Assembly (NCBI GenBank): GCA_048938105.1
Contig: JBHLMN010000004.1
Coordinates: forward strand, 64,001 to 128,000
Length of the DNA stretch: 64,000 bases
Direction of reading: 5' to 3'
Source: Promethearchaeota archaeon
Lineage (GTDB): Archaea; Asgardarchaeota; Heimdallarchaeia; Hodarchaeales; Hodarchaeaceae
Shown: positions 1 to 8,834 of the stretch, piece by piece
How the letters are laid out: the number at the start of each line of letters is the position of its first letter
How positions within the stretch are numbered: the first letter of the stretch is position 1
Program-made: the position numbers and the translations under genes
The notes under the pieces: generated by a model
Databases searched by the model: none
The model's input: only the letters and a program-made list of their open reading frames with translations
What the model was told of the DNA's origin: nothing

Positions 1-1
1 T

Positions 2-1480
2 TACGGGATTTTAAAAGCGGGAGCGGTTGTTGTTTCATTAAATTTCCAATATCCTGCCAATGAATTAAAAGGTCAATTAGAACAGAGTGAAGCACGAGGG
101 ATTGTTTGTGCTGATATGATTACTACTACAATTCAGCCATACGAAACCTGTAAAATTGTACGTGACCAAGGGTTCACTTCCTTGGAATTTATTGTAGTAG
201 CTTCCATTAAACCTTATCTCAAAGGATTCAAAGCATTCCTTGGTGGTTTACTAGGAAAAATTAGCAAGAAGGATCCCCGTGACTTATACATACACGAGAT
301 TTATGATAACTATCGCGCAGAGGATCGTCCTAATGTTGATGTGAATCCTGATGATGTTGCTGTTATAATGTTCACAGGCGGCACAACTGGAACACCAAAG
401 GGTGCTATGTTAACACATAAGAATCTTGTTGTGAATGTTGAACAATGTTCTGTTTGGATGCAACCTCCTCTTGAGAGAGGAACAACAGTTGGAATTGGAT
501 CGCTACCATTTTATCATAGTTATGGAGCAACGACAGCTATGAACTTAGGCGTCCAGTATGGCGCGACAGGGGTCTTGATGCTTGACCCTCGTGAGGATAA
601 ATTTACTAAGATATTGGAGCTATTACAAAAATATAAAGTTCAAATTTTTAATACCGTACCTACACTCTATATAGCGATTTTAAATCATCCTAATATAAAG
701 AATTATGATCTAAGCTCATTAAAAGTCAGTACGAGTGGTGCCGCACCTCTTCCCCTTAGTGTATTACAAGAATATGAGCGAATTACAGGTGCGAATTTGT
801 CAGAAGGTTATGGGTTGACAGAAACATCTCCTGTTACTCATTCAAATCCCATGGCTGCAGCTCCAGGGCATGACAAACCATTGAAAAAAGAAGGAAGCAT
901 TGGTATACCCTATCCAGACACTGATTGCATAATAGTCGATGTTGAGACAGGAACTAAAAAACTCGGAGTGAATGAAGAAGGAGAAATAGCGATTCATGGT
1001 CCTCAAGTAATGAAGGGGTATTATAGAAAACCTGAAGAAACTAAAGCAGTTTTTAGAGAAATTAACGGTGAGAGATATTTTTTAACTGGAGATATCGGTA
1101 AATATGATGAAGATTTCTACTTCTATGTAACTGATCGCAAAAAAGACATGATTGATGTAGGAGGATTCAAGGCATATCCTAGGGAGATCGAAGAAGTCCT
1201 CATTACTCATCCAAAGGTATCTAATGCAGCTGTCATTGGAGTTCCTCATCCAAAAGTTGGAGAGACAGTCAAGGTGTTTATTGTCCCTAAAGTAGGGGAG
1301 GCGCTTACGAAAGCTGATATTCTTGCTTATTGCAGGGAAAAACTAGTGAAATACAAACAACCCCATGATGAGAGTTATATCGAGTTCAGAACAGAATTAC
1401 CGATGACTCAAGTAGGAAAAGTACTTCGTCGTGCTTTAAAAGAAGAGGAGGAATCTAAAAAAGATAAAAATAATTTCTGA
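2..1480 (+). CDS. Long-chain fatty acid--CoA ligase (ANL superfamily), 5'-truncated by the window edge
   Basis: Frame is open from position 2 (YGILKAGAVVVSLN...). Motifs FTGGTTGTPKG, EGYGLTE, TGDIG and GKVLRR. Confidence 0.93.
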   Translation, partial: YGILKAGAVVVSLNFQYPANELKGQLEQSEARGIVCADMITTTIQPYETCKIVRDQGFTSLEFIVVASIKPYLKGFKAFLGGLLGKISKKDPRDLYIHEIYDNYRAEDRPNVDVNPDDVAVIMFTGGTTGTPKGAMLTHKNLVVNVEQCSVWMQPPLERGTTVGIGSLPFYHSYGATTAMNLGVQYGATGVLMLDPREDKFTKILELLQKYKVQIFNTVPTLYIAILNHPNIKNYDLSSLKVSTSGAAPLPLSVLQEYERITGANLSEGYGLTETSPVTHSNPMAAAPGHDKPLKKEGSIGIPYPDTDCIIVDVETGTKKLGVNEEGEIAIHGPQVMKGYYRKPEETKAVFREINGERYFLTGDIGKYDEDFYFYVTDRKKDMIDVGGFKAYPREIEEVLITHPKVSNAAVIGVPHPKVGETVKVFIVPKVGEALTKADILAYCREKLVKYKQPHDESYIEFRTELPMTQVGKVLRRALKEEEESKKDKNNF

Positions 1481-1537
1481 TCTTTAATTAAAAAGTGTAA
1501 ATACTACAACCTCCCTCTTCTCTCAATCAGGGAATTT

Positions 1538-2092
1538 TCATATAATTATGGATTTTCCTCCAGTTGGTTTGATAGTTAAGGTGTAATCACTTATCCGAAA
1601 ATCAACTGACATACCAGTGTCTCCACCTATAAATTCCTTGATTAATGGGATATTCGCTTCTTTCAATAGTTTCTTTACTTTTTGGGCATTTTCTTTTCCT
1701 ATTTTCATCGTTAGTTTTGAATAGCCAAACATTTCCGCCCCTCCTATCATTTTTGCGACAAAAGACTTTCGACGATGTTTTCCAGTAGTATTTTCAAGCT
1801 TACTAATCATTGTGGGGATAGCGATATCTGCAAATCTTGTTGATCCAAACCTATTTTTATCATTTATATGTTTTTTATTTACCTTTTGCGATTCTGGGAG
1901 CATTATATGTCCCATAATTGCGTATTTTTCGGGATTATCATCATCAGGGTATAATACCGTTCCGACACATGAACCTAAAGAAGTTATTTTCAAAGTATCA
2001 CATGATGAACCTAGTATAATTTCGCCAATTCCGACATAAAGGATTTTACCCACTTCGGAATCCCTTTTTAAGAATTGTTTCAGGTTAATCAC
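1538..2092 (-). CDS. cheD: Chemoreceptor glutamine deamidase CheD
   Basis: Motifs SLGSCVG, GHIMLP, FADIAI, AKMIGGAEMF and IGKEN; adjacent to cheC. Confidence 0.9.
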   Translation of the reverse strand: MINLKQFLKRDSEVGKILYVGIGEIILGSSCDTLKITSLGSCVGTVLYPDDDNPEKYAIMGHIMLPESQKVNKKHINDKNRFGSTRFADIAIPTMISKLENTTGKHRRKSFVAKMIGGAEMFGYSKLTMKIGKENAQKVKKLLKEANIPLIKEFIGGDTGMSVDFRISDYTLTIKPTGGKSIII

Positions 2093-2125
2093 ATTTTCCT
2101 CCTTATAAAAGCTAGGACTCCTTGA

Positions 2126-2791
2126 TCAGAAATTTTGAGTAAGTAATATGTTAAAAAAACGATCATAAGTAACATTATGAGGAATTAAAATGCATTCAGC
2201 TTTCACACGACTTCTTTCTGAAGAGAGATCACATTCAATAAATATTACATTAGATTTTTTCGCTAAACCATTTAACTCATATTGCTGCAAGGAATCAAGA
2301 TTTCCTATACGTAACTTAGGTTGTGATGGAATAGTGGCGTTTATGCATAAAAATGTGTTCAATGTAAGGATGTACTTTATTAGAATTATCGATCCGATCT
2401 CCCTAATCAGATCCATGAACACTGTACTGAATTCCATAAGTGCTTCAATGTTATCTGCGGGAGGTGATTTTTGACTTAGTATTTCGGTCACTGTTTCTTT
2501 GTCAAATAACACCAGAACAGTATAAAATATATCAGTAATATTGCTTGCAGAAGAAATTGCAATTTGTGTGTCAGTAGGGAATCGAGCTTTTAATAAGTCA
2601 GGAATTGATTCAAATGAAACCATTCTAACTGATGGAACTTTCATAACTATTGGTTGTTCAAGAAATTCAGTAAGAGCACTAGCAGCTTGACCCGCACCCA
2701 TAGTTCCGAGTTCTTTTAAGGCTTCTTTTTGGAAATCAGATAATTCCTCGAAATTTTCACTAGGCATTGACATAATTTTCCCGTTAATCAT
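2126..2791 (-). CDS. cheC: CheC-family chemotaxis phosphatase
   Basis: Two CheC-like repeats (ALKELGTMGAGQAASAL; LIREIGSII) and the VPSV motif; co-oriented with cheD. Confidence 0.85.
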   Translation of the reverse strand: MINGKIMSMPSENFEELSDFQKEALKELGTMGAGQAASALTEFLEQPIVMKVPSVRMVSFESIPDLLKARFPTDTQIAISSASNITDIFYTVLVLFDKETVTEILSQKSPPADNIEALMEFSTVFMDLIREIGSIILIKYILTLNTFLCINATIPSQPKLRIGNLDSLQQYELNGLAKKSNVIFIECDLSSERSRVKAECILIPHNVTYDRFFNILLTQNF

Positions 2792-3012
2792 TCTAACCCA
2801 TATATATCATATAATCATTCGCATTAAAAAAAGCAAAAAACGTTCTAATAGTATATTATCGAAAAAGAACTCCTCTCCTTCCCCTATTAATATTCGCATG
2901 GAATCAGATATGGTAAGAGTCTTTATTTCCTCGAAATCTTAATTTATTACACCTGTTATCTGGATTTAAATCATGCAGATGAACCACTTATAGCATCCTA
3001 GAGGTTAATTTT

Positions 3013-4482
3013 ATGAAAATAAGATGTAAATACAAATGGTATCAGGAGATCTTTTCAAATTTCCCAAAAATCATTAAGGAGGCACGAAAAGCTGCAATAG
3101 ATTTGGGTTTAGATAAAATCCAGAGAGATTCTTTTGGAACCTACCCAGGTAGCTCATCCTGTCCTGGTTTGTTACCTAATTATGTCTTAAATGATATCAT
3201 AAAGGCAAATAAACACGTTATCCCGATGAGAAAAATTGAGGATGAACTTCGTAATGTAATAAAAGACATTTATGGTGATGATTATGATTCTGCAGCCACC
3301 AATACTTGTGAGTCGGCATTGAGGGTTTCTTTTGAAACATTAATGGCTTCACCTATGCTAAGAATGGGTGAGACATATAGAAGTAGGTTTATTACTCCCT
3401 ATGGTGAGGACTCTGAATACATAGCTGCGTATGGAAGACCATTCCCTCCTAAATACAAAAATTTATTTGTTGATAGGTCAGTGACAGGAGGAGAGCTCGC
3501 AGTTGAATCAAAATGCCTTCCAAATCTTGATTCACTGCTTGTAAAACTAGTTGGTACAAAATACGAAGTCCATGGAATAAAATACAATCCTGTACCATTG
3601 ATGACTAGGACAGATGCTCAGAAATCGGTTGAAAGGATTGCATTGGTAGCTGAACGCCATATTGAATCATTGACTGGTTTTGCTACTCTTGGTTACGATA
3701 CTCCAGGATATGGATATGGACAAAAAGATGAGAAATGTATACCCATTCTTAAGAAAGGAATTGGTGATCTTGCTCAACAGTACGATTTACCCTATATACT
3801 TGATGGCGGAGGGGGAATGCCCGTAATTGGTCTAGGACCTAATGATGTTGGGGGGGATATAATGATGTGGAGTATGGATAAATCCGCAAGGGCTCCGATC
3901 TGTGGCCTCATTGTCGGCAAAGAAGAAGTTATGGTTCCAGTTCGTAAAGGATTAGGATTGGGAGGTCAAAGATATGGAGAAGTTTCATCCCATGGTAAAG
4001 CGCGATACTCAATGATGGATCCTGGCAGAGATACCGTTGTTGGGTTAATTGCTGTTCTAAAAATGCTCCGTGATAACCCAGATAAAATTAAAAAACCGAT
4101 TGATCAATATCACGATATTATTGTTAATGAGTTCAGCTCTTTTGAGCCAGCTAGGTTTAAAGATAAGTTGATCCTCACTAAAAGCTATACAATGGGAGGA
4201 ACTGAACTAAATTATGAACAAACTTGGCAAAAAGATGAATTTGGGATTCCTATTTTTAATATGGAGGATATGTTCTCTAATACAAATCCTATAATTGTAG
4301 CATTAGATGAAATGGGGGTCGGTTTAGGAGCAACTGTTTATAGTGGAAACATCTTTTTAACGCCAGGGCTTGGCACTCTCGATGAAGAAGGGGATTTAAT
4401 TAAAGAGAATGCTATCATTATAGCGAAATCACTCCTTAAATCAATTGAAATTACGTGTAAATATGCAGATTTGACTGATTAA
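3013..4482 (+). CDS. PLP-dependent fold-type I enzyme, SelA/DgaE-like, function unknown
   Basis: YILDGGGG and WSMDKSARAPICGLIVGK resemble the SelA-like FSGDK..GPQAGIIVGK PLP-lysine motif. Confidence 0.65.
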   Translation: MKIRCKYKWYQEIFSNFPKIIKEARKAAIDLGLDKIQRDSFGTYPGSSSCPGLLPNYVLNDIIKANKHVIPMRKIEDELRNVIKDIYGDDYDSAATNTCESALRVSFETLMASPMLRMGETYRSRFITPYGEDSEYIAAYGRPFPPKYKNLFVDRSVTGGELAVESKCLPNLDSLLVKLVGTKYEVHGIKYNPVPLMTRTDAQKSVERIALVAERHIESLTGFATLGYDTPGYGYGQKDEKCIPILKKGIGDLAQQYDLPYILDGGGGMPVIGLGPNDVGGDIMMWSMDKSARAPICGLIVGKEEVMVPVRKGLGLGGQRYGEVSSHGKARYSMMDPGRDTVVGLIAVLKMLRDNPDKIKKPIDQYHDIIVNEFSSFEPARFKDKLILTKSYTMGGTELNYEQTWQKDEFGIPIFNMEDMFSNTNPIIVALDEMGVGLGATVYSGNIFLTPGLGTLDEEGDLIKENAIIIAKSLLKSIEITCKYADLTD

Positions 4483-4516
4483 CATAATTGAAGGTGTAAA
4501 GGAGAATTATTTTGTA

Positions 4517-5467
4517 ATGGTAGAAATTATAAAGCTAGATCAGATAAAGGAAATTTTGGAAAAGATAGATCCTTTAAAACTTATTGAAGAGGGTTTTATT
4601 GCCTATTCTCAAGGAAAAGTTATAGTTCCTCCAGTAGGGGAGATGATTTTTGAGGATCCACCGGGTGATTGTCATATTAAATACGGATATATCAAAGGTG
4701 GTAATTATTACGTGGTTAAAATTGCTCAAGGATTTTATGATAACCCTAAAATCGGGTTATCATCTATTAATGGCCTTAATCTATTATTTAGCCAGAAAAC
4801 TGGGGAAATAATATGTATTTTACTTGATGAAGGACATTTAACGAACATAAGAACCGCAGCCGCAGGAGCAGTTGTTGCAAAATATCTAGCTCCTAAGAAA
4901 GTGAACCGAATAGGGATTTATGGTTATGGAATACAAGGAAAGATGCAATTAGAGTACTTAAAATCTGTCATTAATTGCCGAGATGCATTAGTGTGGGGAA
5001 GGACACAACAAGGACTGGATAAATACCAAAAGGATATGATAAACTCTGGATTTAACATAGAAACAACTATGAATTCTAAGGATATCACTAAGTCATGCAA
5101 CCTTATTGTAACTTGTACGCCTTCAAAGAAACCTCTAATAAAAGTGGAGGAAGTCGTAAAAGGAACACATATTACAGCAATAGGTTCAGATACGCCTGAG
5201 AAGCAGGAATTGGATGCTGCTATCCTTCAAATCGCTGACCGAGTCGTTGTTGATAGTATTTCCCAAGCAGCTTCTCGGGGGGAGTGTTTCCATGCTATAA
5301 TGGAAAGAAAGATAACAGAAGGTAATTTGATCGAACTGGGGACTATGATATCTAATAGAAAGTTCCAACGTGCGACAGATGATGAAATTACTGTTGCTGA
5401 TTTAACTGGTGTGGCGGTTCAAGACATCCAAATTTCAAAAGCGGTGTATGAAGGATTAAAATCTTAG
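4517..5467 (+). CDS. Ornithine cyclodeaminase / mu-crystallin family protein
   Basis: Motifs LTNIRTAAAG, GYGIQG (Rossmann), GTHITAIGSD and DLTGVAVQD. Confidence 0.92.
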   Translation: MVEIIKLDQIKEILEKIDPLKLIEEGFIAYSQGKVIVPPVGEMIFEDPPGDCHIKYGYIKGGNYYVVKIAQGFYDNPKIGLSSINGLNLLFSQKTGEIICILLDEGHLTNIRTAAAGAVVAKYLAPKKVNRIGIYGYGIQGKMQLEYLKSVINCRDALVWGRTQQGLDKYQKDMINSGFNIETTMNSKDITKSCNLIVTCTPSKKPLIKVEEVVKGTHITAIGSDTPEKQELDAAILQIADRVVVDSISQAASRGECFHAIMERKITEGNLIELGTMISNRKFQRATDDEITVADLTGVAVQDIQISKAVYEGLKS

Positions 5468-5520
5468 AATTTTTGGGTTACCGAGAAAAAAGATATTATA
5501 ATTTGTTTCATGAGGACAAA

Positions 5521-6636
5521 ATGATGAAAATTGAAACCTTCGACCTTGAGAGGAGACAATCTGTCTGGGAGAATCTTGTACAATTTAATCTTTCAGAAAG
5601 TGGAGTTCATCCTTATACTCTTGAAGAACTACTTGATAAAGAGGAACTAGTCAAATTATTGACTATTCAGCTCGGTTATGGTCAAACAAACGGATCTATC
5701 GAGCTTCGAGAGACAATCAGCCGTTTATATAAAGAAGCAGATCTGGATAATATCTTGGTGACAAATGGTTCTGCTGAAGCGAATTTTCTAGGTATTTGGA
5801 GTAATTTAGAACCAAAAGATGAACTAGTTTTCATGATGCCTAATTATATGCAAATTTGGGGAATTGCCCGTTCTTTTGGAATAATAGTCAAACCATTTCA
5901 TTTGAAGGAGGAGTTGAAATGGCAACCAGATATTCAAGAATTAGAGTCTTTAATATCACCCAAAACAAAAATGATAGCCATTTGTAATCCGAATAATCCA
6001 ACAGGTGCCATATTAAGAGGAGAAACAATGCAAAAGATAGTTGAACTAGCAAGAAAGGCAAATGCATGGATCTATTCTGACGAAATATATCGAGGAGCTG
6101 AATTAAATGGAGAAGAAACACCTAGTTTTTGGGATTTACATGATAAGGTAATAATTAGTTGTGGACTTTCCAAAGCTTATGCACTTCCAGGATTACGAAT
6201 CGGATGGTTGGTCGGTCCTAAGAGGCTCATTGAGAAAATGTGGGGTTATCATGATTATACATCAATTACAGCTGGAATTCTAAGTGATCGAATAGCCACA
6301 TTAGTGTTACAGCCTGAGATGCGACAGAAAATCTTGAAGCGGAATAGAGCTAGGTTGAATAGAAATTTGAAAATATTAAAAGAATGGGTTAACAGACATT
6401 CTAATATATTCCATTTCACTCCTCCTCACGCAGGAGGTATTGCTTTTTTAAAATACAATATAAATATCAATTCCACAGAGTTTACTACTAAATTACGAGA
6501 GGAAAAAAGCGTATTTATTGTCGCTGGTGATTGTTTTGGAATGGACCATTATATCCGTATTGGGATTGGATCAGAAACAAATTATTTATTAGCAGGTTTA
6601 AAGCTCATTGATGAAACTTTAGAAGAGTTTACATAA
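5521..6636 (+). CDS. Class I/II PLP-dependent aminotransferase
   Basis: Motifs NPNNPTG, SDEIY and LSKAYALPGLRIGW. Start moved to ATG at 5521. Confidence 0.9.
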   Translation: MMKIETFDLERRQSVWENLVQFNLSESGVHPYTLEELLDKEELVKLLTIQLGYGQTNGSIELRETISRLYKEADLDNILVTNGSAEANFLGIWSNLEPKDELVFMMPNYMQIWGIARSFGIIVKPFHLKEELKWQPDIQELESLISPKTKMIAICNPNNPTGAILRGETMQKIVELARKANAWIYSDEIYRGAELNGEETPSFWDLHDKVIISCGLSKAYALPGLRIGWLVGPKRLIEKMWGYHDYTSITAGILSDRIATLVLQPEMRQKILKRNRARLNRNLKILKEWVNRHSNIFHFTPPHAGGIAFLKYNININSTEFTTKLREEKSVFIVAGDCFGMDHYIRIGIGSETNYLLAGLKLIDETLEEFT

Positions 6637-6728
6637 GCGAATATCGATTACACGATAAAAATTTTTGAAACAGTTTTAAAAAACGATTAGAATTGAGAAA
6701 AAGGAAAAAAGGGATTACTCCCTTGAAT

Positions 6729-8822
6729 TCACTTTCTGTAGAGTCTTCGTTTCAAAACAATTCCACTAATAAGCACTAGCATAATTAATGGAAATTCAAA
6801 ACCTGGCCCAGGGGAAGGAATTGAAGCGCTTTCTGTGTCAGTTGTGGTAGTTTTTGTTTTGGTTTTAGTAACGGTTTTGGTAGGAGTAGTAGGTGGTGTT
6901 GATGTCGGTGTAGTTGATTCTTCTGCGGTTGTCGTGGGAGTTGTGGTCGGTGTAGTTGGTTCTTCTGTGGTTGTCGTGGGAGTTGTGGTCGGTGTAGTTG
7001 GTTCTTCTGTGGTTGTCGTGGGAGTTGTGGTCGATGTAGTTGGTTCTTCTGTGGTTGTCGTGGGCTCCTCTGGGGGATTTACACTAAAGTGCCATTCAGG
7101 GTGTCGTGTTAAAGTGGTGTACATATCAGGTACACTTCCAACCCATTTGTAAGGTCCCGAACCAGTCATATGTGTAGAAGTTGCTGGAATCCAATTCTCA
7201 AAATCAGGCCCATGAGAATCCCAAATATTACGGGGTAACACGGGTAGATTAGTGGATATGATCCACTCCTGGTACCCACTTCTGTTACTGTAAATTTCGA
7301 CTGTATAATCATCTGGGCTGTCAACACGGTATATATTAGCTAGTCGCCACCCCTGTTGTGGACTTCTTGGCCAAATAGTTTCAAAGGAGTACTCGACATC
7401 AGCAGCGTTGACTGGATCCCCATTATGCCAAGTGGCATTATGGTAAAGGTGGAAGGTGAACTTCTGGCCATCTTGAATACCACCACCAGCAGTAGTCTCC
7501 TCAATTGTCCAATCGTATGCTAATTGGGGGATTGGATCCCAAGTGTTGGGATCGACTGACCACAGGCCTTCATAGATGTAATTAAAGATCTCTAGAGTAT
7601 CGGCGTAGTTAGCATTAAGGATATTGGTGGTTTGAAACTCTTGAAATCCACCACATCTAAATGTTCCACCAAATGGGGCCCCCTCAGAAAGTTTCAGGTG
7701 AACATTTGTGATGCTATATGGATTATCATAACATTTTCCCTGACCTAAGAAGTTAAATAATCCCTCAAATATATCAGTCCGATAAGCACTGAAATATACA
7801 TCGTTATATATAGGAATTATTGGCATTTCATAGGCCAGTAATTGTAAAACTTCTGTAGATGTCATCTTTGCCTCTCCAAGTGTTGGAGCTGACATCATAT
7901 CGTCAATTGCAGCATCAATGGTAGAATTACTAAAAGAATAAAGATTAAAAATGCTTGATCTGAACTCTAGCTCTAAATTCTCATATGGATTGTCAGGAGG
8001 AACTCCCATACTCATGCACGTAATGTTGTAGTTAGCATTAACCATGTCGTTAACGATCTCTTGCCAATCTTTTTCGAAGAACTGTACTCTTAATCCCATG
8101 TCTTCTAATGCCATATAAGCATACTGAGAAGTAATAACAGATGGATAAAAGTCATTAGTAGCGTATATATCAGTTTCACAATCGTAATCATCTAGATCAC
8201 CCGTAGTCCAAGTTCCAGAATCATCAACATCATATTCACGCCAACCATCACCATCTAGATCTCTAAATCCAGCTTTTTCAAGAGTTGCATTCCCAGAAGC
8301 GATATCTGGACTATAGTAATGGACAGGAAGCGAACTCTCAATTTCCCATTCTGTTGCTACAAGTGGCATATGGCTATCAATAGGAACACCAGCACCACCA
8401 TTAGCTTCTTCATTGATTTTGACCTTGTCTAGAGCTATAGCTAACGCTCGACGATACCCTGTGATATTAGTAGGGAATTCTCCGCAATTAAGGGCGAGAT
8501 AACGAATCCTTGAAGCTAGACTGAAATCGACATCAACGTTGGGATCTGTAAGGAGTCCAGGCAAAAAATCGATATCAAATCCAATTGAAAAATCGCACAT
8601 GTCAAGATTACCTTCTCTGAGTGCTATCAACGCTTCTATTTTGTTATCATCAGGATAAACTTGAAAGATCACTTCATCAACGTATCCTCCATAAGGACGG
8701 AAATCAGAACCCCACATTGGATCTACATGTATATTCATTGGTGAGGAGAATACACTATTAGCACAACAAAGAGCCACTAGTGTGAGTGCACTAATTATAT
8801 TAAATAATTTCATTTTTCCCAT
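6729..8822 (-). CDS. Family-5 (peptide) ABC solute-binding protein, circularly permuted, with Thr-rich linker and PGF-type C-terminal anchor
   Basis: Signal peptide; RRALAIALDK, DLDGDGWRE, YEGLW, WHNGDPVNAADV and GSGPY; ends in PGPGFE + TM + KRR. Confidence 0.85.
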   Translation of the reverse strand: MGKMKLFNIISALTLVALCCANSVFSSPMNIHVDPMWGSDFRPYGGYVDEVIFQVYPDDNKIEALIALREGNLDMCDFSIGFDIDFLPGLLTDPNVDVDFSLASRIRYLALNCGEFPTNITGYRRALAIALDKVKINEEANGGAGVPIDSHMPLVATEWEIESSLPVHYYSPDIASGNATLEKAGFRDLDGDGWREYDVDDSGTWTTGDLDDYDCETDIYATNDFYPSVITSQYAYMALEDMGLRVQFFEKDWQEIVNDMVNANYNITCMSMGVPPDNPYENLELEFRSSIFNLYSFSNSTIDAAIDDMMSAPTLGEAKMTSTEVLQLLAYEMPIIPIYNDVYFSAYRTDIFEGLFNFLGQGKCYDNPYSITNVHLKLSEGAPFGGTFRCGGFQEFQTTNILNANYADTLEIFNYIYEGLWSVDPNTWDPIPQLAYDWTIEETTAGGGIQDGQKFTFHLYHNATWHNGDPVNAADVEYSFETIWPRSPQQGWRLANIYRVDSPDDYTVEIYSNRSGYQEWIISTNLPVLPRNIWDSHGPDFENWIPATSTHMTGSGPYKWVGSVPDMYTTLTRHPEWHFSVNPPEEPTTTTEEPTTSTTTPTTTTEEPTTPTTTPTTTTEEPTTPTTTPTTTAEESTTPTSTPPTTPTKTVTKTKTKTTTTDTESASIPSPGPGFEFPLIMLVLISGIVLKRRLYRK
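6904..7064. repeat. 42-bp tandem repeat (~3.8 copies) encoding an EEPTTPTTTPTTTT linker
   Basis: Unit gtcggtgtagttggttcttctgtggttgtcgtgggagttgtg starts at 6904, 6946, 6988 and 7030. Confidence 0.9.
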
Positions 8823-8834
8823 AAGAACACCTTC

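Noticed and set aside
2841-2850. Shared TTAATAGGGG element upstream of cheC and of the 41701 microprotein
   Set aside because: Only two short AT-rich instances; may be a generic TATA box.
6835-7152. Val-rich or Cys/Arg-rich antisense ORFs (also 35197-35580 and 44139-44421), and these repeats as CRISPR arrays
   Set aside because: They are shadows of Thr-rich linker repeats. The repeats are contiguous, in coding sequence and lack unique spacers.
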